A stretch of DNA of 63,943 bases, counting the filler, from Blastocystis sp. subtype 4 (taxonomy: Eukaryota), in the NCBI RefSeq assembly GCF_000743755.1. It is 6 parts of 6 records of this genome, joined end to end, with 100 filler letters (N's around TTAATTAATTAA, not from the genome) between each part and the next. Parts side by side here need not be neighbours in the genome. Positions count along the whole stretch, not along the records: positions 1 to 11,326 come from NW_014569238.1; positions 11,427 to 22,729 come from NW_014569237.1; 4 more parts are not named here. One strand, written 5' to 3'. Under the pieces are notes generated by a model. That model saw only the letters and a program-made list of their open reading frames with translations, did no database searches and was not told where the DNA came from. Positions 1-11,845 of the stretch are shown here, piece by piece; the first letter of the stretch is position 1, and every line of letters begins with the position of its first letter. The position numbers were made by a program, and so were the translations under genes.

Positions 1-137
1 GTTTGACACTGACAAGAAGTCAATGTTGTTTGCTAAGGATGTTGGTGTCCTTGTTCGAACAAAAGTGTCTGATTCTCTGGAAGGAGGTGTGTCTGCTGGG
101 TTTGCAGTTTTAGATTCTCCAATTGTTGTTACTCAGT
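1..137 (+). CDS. 3' end of unidentified protein (5'-truncated); stop probably made by polyadenylation
   Basis: Open frame ...FAVLDSPIVVTQ followed by in-frame T at 137, a 4-nt spacer, then TGTTTGTT at 142-149. Confidence 0.5.
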
Positions 138-390
138 TAATTGTTTGTTTGATATTCGTTGGTAGGTTTAGATCCTGTTTGTTCATGTTATGGAAAAATA
201 ACTGACAGGATACACGGTTCTTGAATGATTCTCTCGTAAGTAACAACAATAACGTAGAAACGTGTTGTTTTGTTCAGTGAACAACCAAGTTACTCATCCT
301 TTCAAGCTCCTATTCAATCTATTCTTGACTATGATACGATTACAGCATTCATTCAGCAATCTTATGATACAACAAGCGAATAAATATCGT

Positions 391-1200
391 ATGTTTACTG
401 TGTTTCGTACTGCTGTGCCGAAGTCTGTACGAAGTGAATCGCATAAGGATTTCAAGCGAAATATAAAGAAGGACTATTTACAACATAAAGGGAAAAGTCA
501 TTCGTCAACACTCTGGCTGGATCGACAACTGAGAGACCCCTACTACATTCAAGTATCGCTATTCTTCCAGCTTTATCATTAGGCGAAAGAAGAGGGATAT
601 CGCTCTCGTGCAGTATATAAATTGAAGGAGATTGATGATGTATGAGTTGAATGCACTGCTTCTCTCTAGAAATTGCACCTTTTCAAGCCTAACAATATTG
701 TCCTCGATGTAGGAGCTGCACCTGGAGGATGGTCTCAATATGTTGTCAGCAAAGTAGGTGTGACAATCCCTTGTTCTGTTGTTTCCATCGATTTACTGGA
801 TATCGAACCTATTGATGGAGTTCATTTTCTTAAAGGTGATTTTATGGAAGATACGATGAAAAGGAACTTGCAGTCCTACATTGATAATCGGCCTGTCGAT
901 GTAGTAATCAGCGATATTGCTCCCAATTTTTCTGGCGATCACAATAGGGATCACACGAGACAGGTAGATGAGGTAGGATTCGTAACATGTAGATAGAAAT
1001 GTGTGATAGTGTAGTGGAGTTCGCTCGTTCTATAGCGAAGACAGATTGCTCACTAGTCTTGAAGGTTTTACAGGGATCGGAATTCCATGAGTTCATTGAA
1101 CGTATGAGAAGACAGTTCGTAAATGTTACAATAATAAAGCCGAAGGCTTCAAGAAAGGAGTCGAGTGAAATGTATTGTGTTTTGCATCATTTCAAAGAGT
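391..1200 (+). CDS. MRM2: RrmJ/FtsJ-family rRNA 2'-O-methyltransferase (mitochondrial MRM2-like), 3 introns
   Basis: WLDRQLRDPY, YRSRAVYKL, VLDVGAAPGGWSQ, VVISDIAPN, KPKASRKESSEMY motifs; predicted poly(A)-made stop at 1200 (genomic stop at 1220). Confidence 0.9.
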
Positions 1201-1278
1201 TGAGTGTTTGTTCGGTATAACCCAATAATGGGCTCCAAGTCGCAATCTTATCAAATAGTCCATTCTTCTTTATTCCAA

Positions 1279-2955
1279 ATGAAGTGCATTATCTTTCCTT
1301 TATTTCTGATAGCTATCACGCTTTCAGAATTCGTTTATGAGTATTCTTCTTTGAAAGACGATGAGGGATTAGTGGATTGAACCATCTGACCCAATCAAAT
1401 CTTCAGAGTATGTTGAGTGCACACAAGCATGTATTGGCCGTTTGGTATTCTCCTGATTGTGCTAAGTGTGGACAAGAGCTTTGGGAAGTGAATTATTCTC
1501 TCTATGCCTTTGGAGATGATAAGAATGTCTTACTTGTAGTACTTTTTAACATATAGTATCTAATTGGAGCAAGTACCCTTGATGAGGATAAGGAGATGGT
1601 GGAAAAGTATGGTATCCCAGACAATCATGACAGCTTGGAAATTCGCTTGTTTGTCGCAGGAAATCCGACACCTCTAAAGATGGACGAAGATGAGGACCTT
1701 GTATCTTTAATTTGTTTTCCCTTACCACTTAGATTGCTTGGATTGCAAAGAATACTGGACTTGAGGCTCAAAAGGATCGTTCCTTTCACATCACCGAAGG
1801 AAACTATAATACCTTCCTGACAAAATCAAAAGGGAAGAATGTGATGATGTTTTTCTATGTGAGTGGTGATTCCAATTCGCAGACCATTTCTTTGGCATTC
1901 TATCAAAGTGCTCGTGCTTTTAAAGTAATTGAGTATCTCCAATTTAAGCACTAGGGAATGAAAAGCCTTTTCTTTGCTAGTGTTGACTGTTCTCGTAATC
2001 GGAATATTTGTTCCTACTATGGTATTCGAATGGTCCCAGAATTGAAACTGATTCCTACAAAAGATCTAGCATTTGATGATAAAACTGTGGACTTCCAACA
2101 TGGTGAACAGATTGATAGTTACTTGAATCGGTATTTTGGAACATTCATCAGTCTAAAAGGAGGACTCAATGAGAGATATGGTAGAGACAGTGTGCTAGAC
2201 GAATTAGCTCATGATTTTATGACTGTACATGAATCAAAAGGAAGTGACAGATAGGGAAATGAGGAAGAACGTAAACAGATTATGAAGAAGGTCTTGAAGT
2301 TGAAGACCAAGCATCCTGCTAGTTTCCGTTATTACAAGGTGATGAAATTAGTGATGGTTGATGGAGACTCAGCTGTGGATCAGGAAAAGAATGAGACTGA
2401 GAAGGCTCTTGCTAATTTGCCGAAGGAAGGGAAGGAGTATTCTAAGTTACGTGGAATGCAGAATGTTCTTCGACAGTTCATTAAGATTACTGTTGAGCCC
2501 GGTAAAGTCGTAGGAAGTGGACTGTGAATATCATATCCAGTTTGTTCTTGATGAGGACAATTTCGATGCTGTGGTGAATGGAAAGCGAAATGTGATGGTT
2601 AAGTTCTATGCTCCTTGGTGTGGTCATTGTCGTGCCCTTGCTCCTGTCTATGTAGATTTAGGATTGGTAATTGACCTGTAGGAGGAAGTAGCTAAAGAGA
2701 ATACTGAAGATGTGTTAATAGCCGAATTGGATGCTGATAAATACAAGACTCTCGCTGTTAGGATAAAGGTGATCTGTTACGTGTAGGGAAAGTATGGAAT
2801 TGAAGGTTTCCCGATTCTGAAGTGGTTTGCAAAGGGAGCAGATCCAAATATGCCTGAGATGGTAGATTCTGCACGAACAAAGGAATCTCTTCTTGGTTAT
2901 ATCTACGAGAAGCTACATGGGGATGAATCTGGGGAAGAGGAGAGTACTGAGTTGT
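1279..2955 (+). CDS. Multi-domain protein disulfide isomerase-like ER protein (Trx CAKC, Trx-like, ERp29C-like, Trx WCGHC)
   Basis: Signal peptide [21 protein letters not shown] at ~2604-2630; ends ...STEL if cleaved at 2955. Confidence 0.85.
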
Positions 2956-3061
2956 ACATTGTTTGTTTGATGAACGAAACCGGCGTTTTGTCATGGATTA
3001 TGAAAAACAGAATTCCCCAATCGTCTTTGGACCTACCATTAACTTTGGAAATTAGAAGACG

Positions 3062-5642
3062 ATGTCTAAACTTACAACAGATTTGCCGGGACTTCAGAAC
3101 CTGATCAGGCGTGATCCTCAGGTATATCGTGAAGAATTCATGCAACAGGTAAATCGTGGTTAACAACTTGTCATACATAGTACGATCACTTCCAAACAGA
3201 ATTTGAGATCTTTAAGATGAATCCTTCGGAGCCTGCACCTGCTTTTAATGCACTTTTGAACTTCCTTGGACATGTTGCTCAGTGTTATCCCGATGTATGA
3301 TTTTTCGACAGTTATTCATCTAGGTATTGAAAGACTATCCAACGATTCTTTTTGGCATTATGGACGATATGGCGGATGTTATGAATCGAGACACTCGTGT
3401 ATGTGTGGTGAAGGTGTTGATTCTTCTACGAAACAAGGGTCTTATTGAGTTAATTCCTCTTCTGAAATCCTTTTTTCATTATTTCCGCATCAATGACAAA
3501 CAGTTACGTGCCCTTTTGTATACACACATAATCTCAGTGATTAGTTCTTCTAATAAAGGTAAAGTGAATGAAAATGTTTGTCTATTCTATTTCTATTACT
3601 CCTAGTTGAATCGCCAGTTGAAGTCATTTATGTTTGATCTCCTCAATTCGGATAACGAATTGGTGGCCCGTAAAGCCTTAGATGTGATGGTTGAATTGTA
3701 TCGTCGTCAGGTATGGACAGATGCTCGTTCTGTTAATGTGATCGCTGCTGCCTGTCTCTCAAAAGTCATTTTTCACCATGTTTCTGATAGATAGCATAGT
3801 CGTGTGATGGTTGGAGGAATTCGATTTTTCCTGGGTATCGAAACCCGAATTGAAGAAGATGAAGAGAAAGAGAAGGAGATCAAGGTGGAAGAAGTAAATC
3901 AACATTTGTCCTGTTATAGAGGAGGAATGATATCTAGACACTCTCATAAGACGCGTGCTCGTAAGCGAGATACAGAACGTCAGATTGCTGAACGTCGTCG
4001 GAAGATGAGACGTGCAAATGAAATGACGGGTCAACCTCGTTTCCCAGCTATTGCTCTGGTATACGATGCTCAAGGTTTTTGTGAGAAAATGTTGAATCAA
4101 TTGAAGAAGGTAAAGCTGAAGTTGTAGAGTCATTCTTAGACAAAGGAACAATTTTCTGTTCGTCTGATGATGATGGATATAATATCTCGATTTATTGGAT
4201 ACCATAAATTATGTCTATTTCCATTCTATGCTTTCATTCAATCCTATTTGACAGCTCATCAACAACAGGTTACTCGGATTCTAGTGTATCTTGTTCAGAG
4301 TTGTCATGATTACGTACCGCCTGAGGAGTTGATGCCTCTGGTTCGTGTTATTGCTGATAACTTTGTGACAGATCATTCGTCACCGGAAGTGATTGCTCTG
4401 GGTATCAATACTCTCAGTGAGATATTCCTTCGAATTCCTCTTCTTTACCAGATGGAGGAGTTAGAACCACTTATTCACGAGGTTGTAGAATTCAAGAATA
4501 ACCGTGATAAAGGAGTTGTAGTTGCGGCTCGTAATTTCATGAATGTGAAGATTGAGAGGAGGAGTGATTGATAGAATGCTCGACGGATCTATCCACTATG
4601 TCTGAAGAAGAAGGATCGTGGTAAAGAGAGCGATAAGACGGCTCGTCCTCTGGCTTATGGTGAGGAGTATGTACGAGATACCATGGATGGAATGGAAGCT
4701 CTGGGTGAAGCTATTGAAAGAGGTGAAGTGAAATTGGATGAAGAGGACAATCCAGAAGATTGGGAGGAAGAGAAGAAGGTATTAAATGGTGAAGGTGAGG
4801 AAGTGTCTGTGAAGAAGTGGGAACCTGTGAAGGTGAGTAAGGAATTGGATGCGAAGGTGATGAAATCAAAGAAGACAGTATCCATGAAAGAAGATGAAGC
4901 ATTGTTGGAGGATGAGGAGGAAGAGATTCCTGAGTTGGTGGAGAGTGAAGGAGAAGAAGAAGGAGAAATGGAGGAAGAGGAAGAAGAAGGAGAAGGAGAT
5001 GAGGAGGAAGGAGAAGAGGAAGGAGACGAAGAGGATGGTGAAGAGGAAGGAGAGATGGAGGAAGAACATGTGATTAGTTCAGATGCAGTAGAGAATAAGG
5101 ACGAAGAGAAGAATGAAGATAGTCCAGAAGAACGTGAACGAATTCGGCAACGTCGTATTGAGATGGCTCGAAAAGTGTTGGCTACTCGAGTTCTTACACC
5201 GAAAGACTATAGAATTCTACAAGGAGATAATGATAATGATTCAAGCAGTGAAGAAGATGTCGAAGTGGCAAATGCAATGGTAAGTCTATGGACATTCATT
5301 AAATCATAGCATCATTCGGCTGTGGTGAATCCGGATGATTTGTTGGGATATCAGAAGAAACGTAAAGACACGATCGAAGTAAGAACTGATGGAAGAAGTG
5401 ATGAATAGGAACGACGACGTAAGGCTATTGAAGGACGTAGAGAATTCCAAATGAAGCTGAAGGGAGGAGGCACAACGAATAAGGAAAAGGAACGAAAGAA
5501 GAATTTCATGATGGTGAAACAGAGTTATCGTGTCAAGAACAAGCTGAAGCAGAGTATTCAGGAGCAACAACAAGCTGCGAAGAAACAAGTCCGTCGTTTG
5601 CAAATTCTGGGAAGAAAGGCCAACAAGAGAAGAAGAATATAA
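3062..5642 (+). CDS. SDA1: SDA1 ribosome biogenesis protein (multi-exon)
   Basis: DLPGLQNLIRRDP..YREEF, ELYRRQVWTDARSVNVIA, acidic tract, GGGTTNKEKERKKNFMM. Confidence 0.93.
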
Positions 5643-5732
5643 GTCGTTTATTCTGAAATTCTTGTAACAAACAGAATAATGCTTTGGTTCTAAGAAGTAC
5701 ATGGCAACAGTTAAAACAATCTATCCATCATA

Positions 5733-6095
5733 TCATTTGAAATAAAATACAGCCATCTTGTACCCAAAAAGCAAAGCAAAAATGACTAGTAGCACGAAAT
5801 AGACAGCATCAATCACCACAACAGGATTCTCCGTTGGGATCTTCAGCTGATACTGTGAAATCCCCAGCAAGTTTGCTAGATAACCAGATACCGACGGTAC
5901 GATAGGTTTCTCTTCACTCGTTTTTGATGTTGCTCCTTCAGATGCAGTGTTTCGGTTGTGCAGAGTAGATTGATTTCCTTGATTCGATGGCGTGTTTCGT
6001 GAGGTAATGTCATTCCACGTATATATACGTTTCTTTTCATTTTCTTTCTTTGGTGAAACATCATCAACTACTTGCCCATTCACAATTCGAGCCAT
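5733..6095 (-). CDS. Hypothetical protein with C-terminal transmembrane helix
   Basis: MARIVNGQVV...; hydrophobic AVYFVLLVIFALLFG; minus-strand 3' motif at 5666-5673. Confidence 0.6.
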   Translation of the reverse strand: MARIVNGQVVDDVSPKKENEKKRIYTWNDITSRNTPSNQGNQSTLHNRNTASEGATSKTSEEKPIVPSVSGYLANLLGISQYQLKIPTENPVVVIDAVYFVLLVIFALLFGYKMAVFYFK

Positions 6096-6205
6096 TACAC
6101 AGTAATCCAAACAAACACTAAAGACAGATCACAAAGATCACTTGATATAAGAAACAAAAAGAGAACGATAAAGGAACAACTTTTGAAGATAATGGATTCG
6201 ACATG

Positions 6206-6688
6206 TTACACACACAAAAGAGACTTCAGAGCATTGAAATCCCCAGCCAGTAAATCCTTATTGTCAGCTGAAACACTTTCATGAATACGCTTCACAAGCT
6301 CTTCTTTAAACAGACGAAGAACCATCGGATTTGATGAAAGAGAAGTCAACAAACTCGAATCCTTCCCAAGCACTTCACCTACCACTGCTTCGAAGTATTC
6401 CTTAAGATTCTTTTCATGAATATGGCCTGTAGTCTCGGTATAGGCATTACTCAGGTTTTGGGGTTTGCGCAACTTCATTACAGCCTCATCAACTTCGATC
6501 ACCTTTTCCCATTCTTTTTCCATTGACATAGGTAATATTTGTAGTGCCTGGTACTTTGAAGATGGCTGGACCGGAGTTAAATGATGAGCTTCCATTTGAC
6601 TCGAAGACGCATCTTCTGCCTCATTTTGCTGGATTGTGCTATTTAGGACATCATCCAGAAGTCCATCTAAATCAAAATCATCATCCAT
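6206..6688 (-). CDS. Hypothetical acidic protein
   Basis: 160-aa ATG-initiated ORF MDDDFDLDGLLDDVL... Confidence 0.65.
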   Translation of the reverse strand: MDDDFDLDGLLDDVLNSTIQQNEAEDASSSQMEAHHLTPVQPSSKYQALQILPMSMEKEWEKVIEVDEAVMKLRKPQNLSNAYTETTGHIHEKNLKEYFEAVVGEVLGKDSSLLTSLSSNPMVLRLFKEELVKRIHESVSADNKDLLAGDFNALKSLLCV

Positions 6689-6769
6689 AATGAGAATCTA
6701 TCTCAGTAATCTTCAAGAATTCTTTGTTGGTATACCAGAAACCATTTGGTCATGAATGATTCAGCGAGG

Positions 6770-7125
6770 ATGAATAATCCTGACGTTACACAAATCCTTA
6801 GAAGGATTTGTCAAGATTTGGCTTTTGATGTATTTCTATGGTACGAAGGAGTGATATTCTAGGTTCATAGACAATATCATGAAGATCCTTTGTCTTGCTA
6901 TGTTGATCTTTCTGATGCTGTTCGGAGTTATATTAATAAACGGGAGGTTATAGAATATGACAAAACAATAGATTGTCATGACAGTATTCATAACACCGTC
7001 CAATGTATCTATTGTCGTGGTGTTGTAGGAAGTAGTATGCATAGAGTGTTATCTTATAGATTGAGAATTCACAATACGTTGCTCATCTGGTGAAATGCAT
7101 GAATGAATACTCAAATGAATCATGA
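6770..7125 (+). CDS. SGF11: SAGA deubiquitination-module subunit Sgf11-like zinc finger protein (2 introns)
   Basis: Spliced product has ICQDLAFDVHRQ helix and CIYC...YVAHLVKCM (CxxC-H-C) finger. Confidence 0.7.
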
Positions 7126-7265
7126 TACTTCCTTACTCCCTTTTCTACACTCGAATCTGGCATTCAAGATATAGCCGTAGGATTAGTATTGTACACTTAG
7201 TAATACCAACTTGTTTGTGTGAAAAATGGAGAAATAGAAACGAAGTTGTCAACAGAATTGACAAG

Positions 7266-8429
7266 ATGTTAATTCTTGTGTTCCTTTTCTATGTTGTATC
7301 TTCGGAAGATGTTGTACTGAATCAATTCAAGCCAAAGGGAGCATCATTTTCCACTGTTCACTCGATCACATCTAATTCTTATTCATTCTCCTTTGAATGG
7401 AATCTAAATCATCGTATACAATGTTATACCTTATCGATTCATAGACTTCGATAATGATCTAACGAGACTTGCCCAGAACCTTTATCAACAAGGTGATGGA
7501 CTGCTTAGTATCACTTCAGGTGTTCCAAGTAATGACTGGTTTCCTGAACACACTCTTTATCCTGAGGGTCTTTATCTTGATGCACCAATAGAAAAAAGAG
7601 AGGCGATTTTGAGTGTTGTATATGATTATTTCATGATAGGGACAATTTATCAAGGAGTGTATAGTCATCACCATTGGTATCATTATCCTATTCGTCCCTG
7701 TACATACTTCTATTCCCAACTTCATAATCTGTTCTTTGAAAATGAAAAATCATCATTTGTCCATACCATGTTACACTCCCCTTTCACTTCACTCAGTAAG
7801 AATCAATCATCTCCTCATATCAAGCAATTAAAACGAATCAGACATCCGTTTATGCATCATATCTGTTTGTACAGAAGAAGAAAGGGATTATACCAATCTA
7901 TCACTCTCTCCAACAAACTGTTAAGGGTAGGAATAATAACCAACTTATTCCATCAGATATTAATATGGAACTGGGAGAACTATGGATACAGTCCTCCAAC
8001 ACTTCTTGTGGATACGGTTCTATCACAATTGTGGAACCAGTTGGAATCAAGTTCCTGACCTCTCAACTACAGTCTATCCAAGGTTCTATTCACTCATCTA
8101 AGAGAGTCAATGACACACACATTCTTCAAGGATATTTCAATGCGTCATTTGTTTTGACCATTCCATTTTACACAACACCAGTAACATTCAATGAATTGCC
8201 AAAGAATGAAGATTTGGGTATCATCATTCCTCCTTGTGTCTTGAAGATCGATGGATCCAATCAAGTTATATTTTCCACTAGTATGAGTCAGCAGCCCGAT
8301 AATCATCTAGATGCTGTTGCTATCACTGTTGCACCAGACTCAACAATGCGATATGATTGTATGATTATTGGAGTTGTAGCAATTCTTCTATTTTCACTAA
8401 AACTATATAAAAAGAGAGAATATTCCTAA
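7266..8429 (+). CDS. PIGT: GPI transamidase subunit PIG-T/Gpi16-like, divergent
   Basis: Signal peptide; C-terminal APDSTMRYDCMII followed by a TM helix, resembling PTPDFSMPYNVI. Confidence 0.6.
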
Positions 8430-8534
8430 GAATAAATGAGTTGAATAATTCTGTTTGGATTCCAGAAAAATAATGAATTTCGTCTCTTCCATTTTATCGC
8501 TTGATTTTATTCACATCAAATATCTCATTCAATC

Positions 8535-9625
8535 ATGCTTTCTACAACATGGAAGAAAGTCATACGGCCTATTTCAAGGCTATTCATGAGGAATATCATC
8601 ACTCCAGCCACTGCTAGTGATTATGAGAATGTGATGGATCTTGTAAAGTGGAAGAATATACATATAATAATGAATAGATCACGTAGTATAGACTATTATT
8701 ATGCAGGATGCCAGATTCCTGAAGTGATGAAAGTTCCCTTCTTTGTTGCTGTATTCTTTATCTCTGTATTCTTTATTCTTAGTATGGTTTCAATACGGAA
8801 GCAGCAATTATCAGAGATCAGATCAACGGAAATGTTCTAGCTGGGAGAATGAGATTACAATGGCTGCGTGAGCAAGTGTCGAGCATGTATGAAGAGAAAT
8901 CTTCAGGAGCAACTCCTTTGCTTCGATGTGTTAATGAGATGATCCAGCAGTACAAATGGTCCTCTTGTTTCTTAGACCGAATTGTAGAGGCAAGGGTAAC
9001 CCAGAAAGATCATTATCACGAATAGGAAACAGACTTGAATGATGAACCAGTACAAACGATCGATGATCTTAATATATATGGAGAGATGGTATTTGGATCG
9101 ATCGGATATGTGGTGATATCGATAGGTCTTGATGGATAGTTGTTAATGCAGAGTTTCCGCATCGAAGATGACTCAATGGTGGAGGCATGGAGAAGACTGA
9201 CGCATTCGATGGCCATTTCTATTCTATTGCGTGGTACTCCATATCATTTCCAACATGAGAAGAGCTATTTTCCTGCAGACCTAGCAAAGAAATATGACCT
9301 CCCTTCATTTAGGGAGTGCGATATCAAATCGGATAAGGTTCAGCAAGTTATTAAGGAAATGGCTGAATATGCACTAGATAACTATAATAGCGTACGGAAA
9401 CTATGGAAACAGGGATGCAAAGGACCTAACAAACAATTTGAAACAATGATTCTCCTGGGTTCTCCTTCGATCTTCTATCTTGAACAACTAAAAAAGCGAA
9501 ATTATAAACTAACAGGTAGGAACAGAAAGGGGCTTGAGAGAGTAGATGAATCCCTGTCCAGTCCTTTTATGAACGTCAAGCTCCAGAATCGTCTATTAAG
9601 GCAAAAGTCATTTAAATCCTATTGA
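8535..9625 (+). CDS. NDUFAF6: Squalene/phytoene synthase-family complex I assembly factor
   Basis: Mitochondrial-type presequence; ILLRGTPYH...YFPADL; VIKEMAEYA. Confidence 0.75.
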
Positions 9626-9773
9626 ATAGATAAATATCTTGTTAGAACCAAATTACGATCACAAATCGCTAAAAGGCCCCATTCTATTAGGGCCCTTTTC
9701 CACTCACTTTGGTATCGCTTTTCTCTAGAATTGAGTTACCGTAGATATTTTAGAGTCTAAGGATAATTCAAGA

Positions 9774-11326
9774 ATGGTAAAATCATTCATTTGAACATCT
9801 TAACGTACAGGGTAAAACGACGTATGTCCTTTTTGAGTCTGCCTCTGGCTATTCTCTCTACGAGGTTGTGGAGAAGGAAGAAATTGCTGGACTGGCCACT
9901 CAGGTATTTTTCTCTCTTGAATATGGTAATTGTGTAGGTACAACAGAGCATCACCGACTTTAGCAAATTTAGTAAGATAGTAAAGCTGAAAGCATTCTGT
10001 GTAAGTGAAATTTGATATGGTTAAGGAAAAGCCCTTTGAGAGCGCTGAGAGTGCTCTGGAGAACTGTAACGACATTTCGGAGGGAGTTCTGAGCAACACA
10101 CTCAAAGTGTTTCTCGAGGTAAATCTGCCTTCGGTNNNNNNNNNNNNNNNNNNNNNNNNNNNNNNNNNNNNNNNNNCGAATTGGTCAGGCCATTCAAGAA
10201 GCGTTGCATATTCCTTGCATGACAAGTGATGTGATTCTCGAGATGACACGTGGAATTCGTCTTCACTACAGTAAGTTCAACTCGTCATTGGACGGAGGAG
10301 CAGCAGAAAAGGCGATGTTGGGTCTGGGTCACAGTTATTCTCGTGCTCATGTGAAATTCAACGTGAATCGTGAAGACAACATGATTATCCAAGCTATTTG
10401 CATTTTAGATCAAGTTAGAGCTGTCTTTGTGATTGATTGTAGATTGATAAGGATCTGAATACATTTGCTATGCGTATCAAGGAATGGTATAGCTGGCATT
10501 TCCCTGAGTTAAAGGACATTGTGAAGGACAATTATCTGTATGCTCGTGTGGTGAAGCTGATTCAGTCTCGTAAGTTCCTGGAAGATGATGCCTGTGTGGA
10601 GGAATTGAAGAAGGTTGTGGGAGATGAGGATATGGCGAAGGACATCATGAATGCAGGTCGTGCTTCGATGGGTCAGGAATTGAATGAAATGGATTTGGTG
10701 AGTGTGAATCTGTTTGCAGATAAGTGAGGTTGAGTGTTGAGTATGATATGCAGAGTTGTGGAACTGAGTAAATATCGTGAGGATTTGTATGATTATCTCC
10801 AAGCTCGTATGCATAGTGTGGCTCCCAACCTCTCTGCTTTGATTGGTGAGATTGTTGGTGCTCGTTTGATTTCTCATTCTGGTTCACTGGTGAACTTGGC
10901 AAAGTGTCCTGCTTCAACAATCCAGATTCTGGGTGCTGAGAAGGCACTTTTCCGAGCTCTGAAGACACGTAGCAATACACCCAAATATGGTATCATTTTC
11001 CACAGTAGCTTCATTGGTCGTGCTGGATTGAAGAACAAGGGCCGTATTTCTCGTTATTTGGCGAATAAGTGTTCGATTGCTTCTCGTTTGGATTCCTTCT
11101 CAGAGGAACCTACCGACTTGTATGGATTGAAGATGAAAGAACAAGTGGAGCAACGACTCAATTTCTATGAGACTGGAGTACCTCCACAGAAGAATATCGA
11201 AGCAATGCATGAAGTGGCGGAGGAGTTGAAGCAGATGAAGCCGAAGGAAGAGGAGAAGGTGATAGAGGAGGAGGTGAAAGAAGAGAAGGAAGAGAAGAAG
11301 GAGGAAGTGAAGGACAAGAAGAAGGA
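9774..11326 (+). CDS. NOP56: Nucleolar protein 56 (3'-truncated, internal N gap 10136-10176)
   Basis: [60 protein letters not shown]. Confidence 0.95.
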
Positions 11327-11426
11327 NNNNNNNNNNNNNNNNNNNNNNNNNNNNNNNNNNNNNNNNNNNNTTAATTAATTAANNNNNNNNNNNNNNNNNN
11401 NNNNNNNNNNNNNNNNNNNNNNNNNN
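11327..11426. other. Artificial contig linker
   Basis: N44-TTAATTAATTAA-N44 (stops in all six frames). Confidence 0.97.
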
Positions 11427-11729
11427 TCTTACGTTTCGTCTTGTGAGGTCCAGAGGAACGGGTGTTATCAACAACCGTGAAAGAACTGTCCTCTTCATCA
11501 CCAAGAAGTCCTCGAAATCATAAAATCAATCCTAATTCTCACCTTCGCCACGGGACACAACAGAAGACTGCGTAACATCGATAATCATTCCCAGATTGTC
11601 ATCTCTGCTGAATAGACTAAAAGGAAGGCCCTCGAATTGCTCAGGAAGCTGACAGGGACCCCAACCATGAGCATTTATCGAGAATGCAGGACAATTATAG
11701 GGAGATTCACTCGCTTGTTGAGCTGACAT
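11427..11729 (-). CDS. EIF3D: eIF3 subunit d, N-terminus (truncated at linker)
   Basis: NAHGWGP...LPFSLFSRDDNLG; EDSSFTVVD in next exon. Confidence 0.85.
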
Positions 11730-11845
11730 TCTTTAGTCCAACAATACGTGGTTATTTGTCGAGATTGAAACAATCTAAGAAAATCCCGAGTATTTCTGGA
11801 ACCAAAAGGCTGCCACTTTTTGAGTGTTCTCTATCGTTAGATGGG

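Noticed and set aside
9670..9699. AAAAGGCCCC...GGGCCCTTTT inverted repeat resembling a bacterial terminator
   Set aside because: Imperfect, and located in a eukaryotic promoter spacer; no supporting evidence
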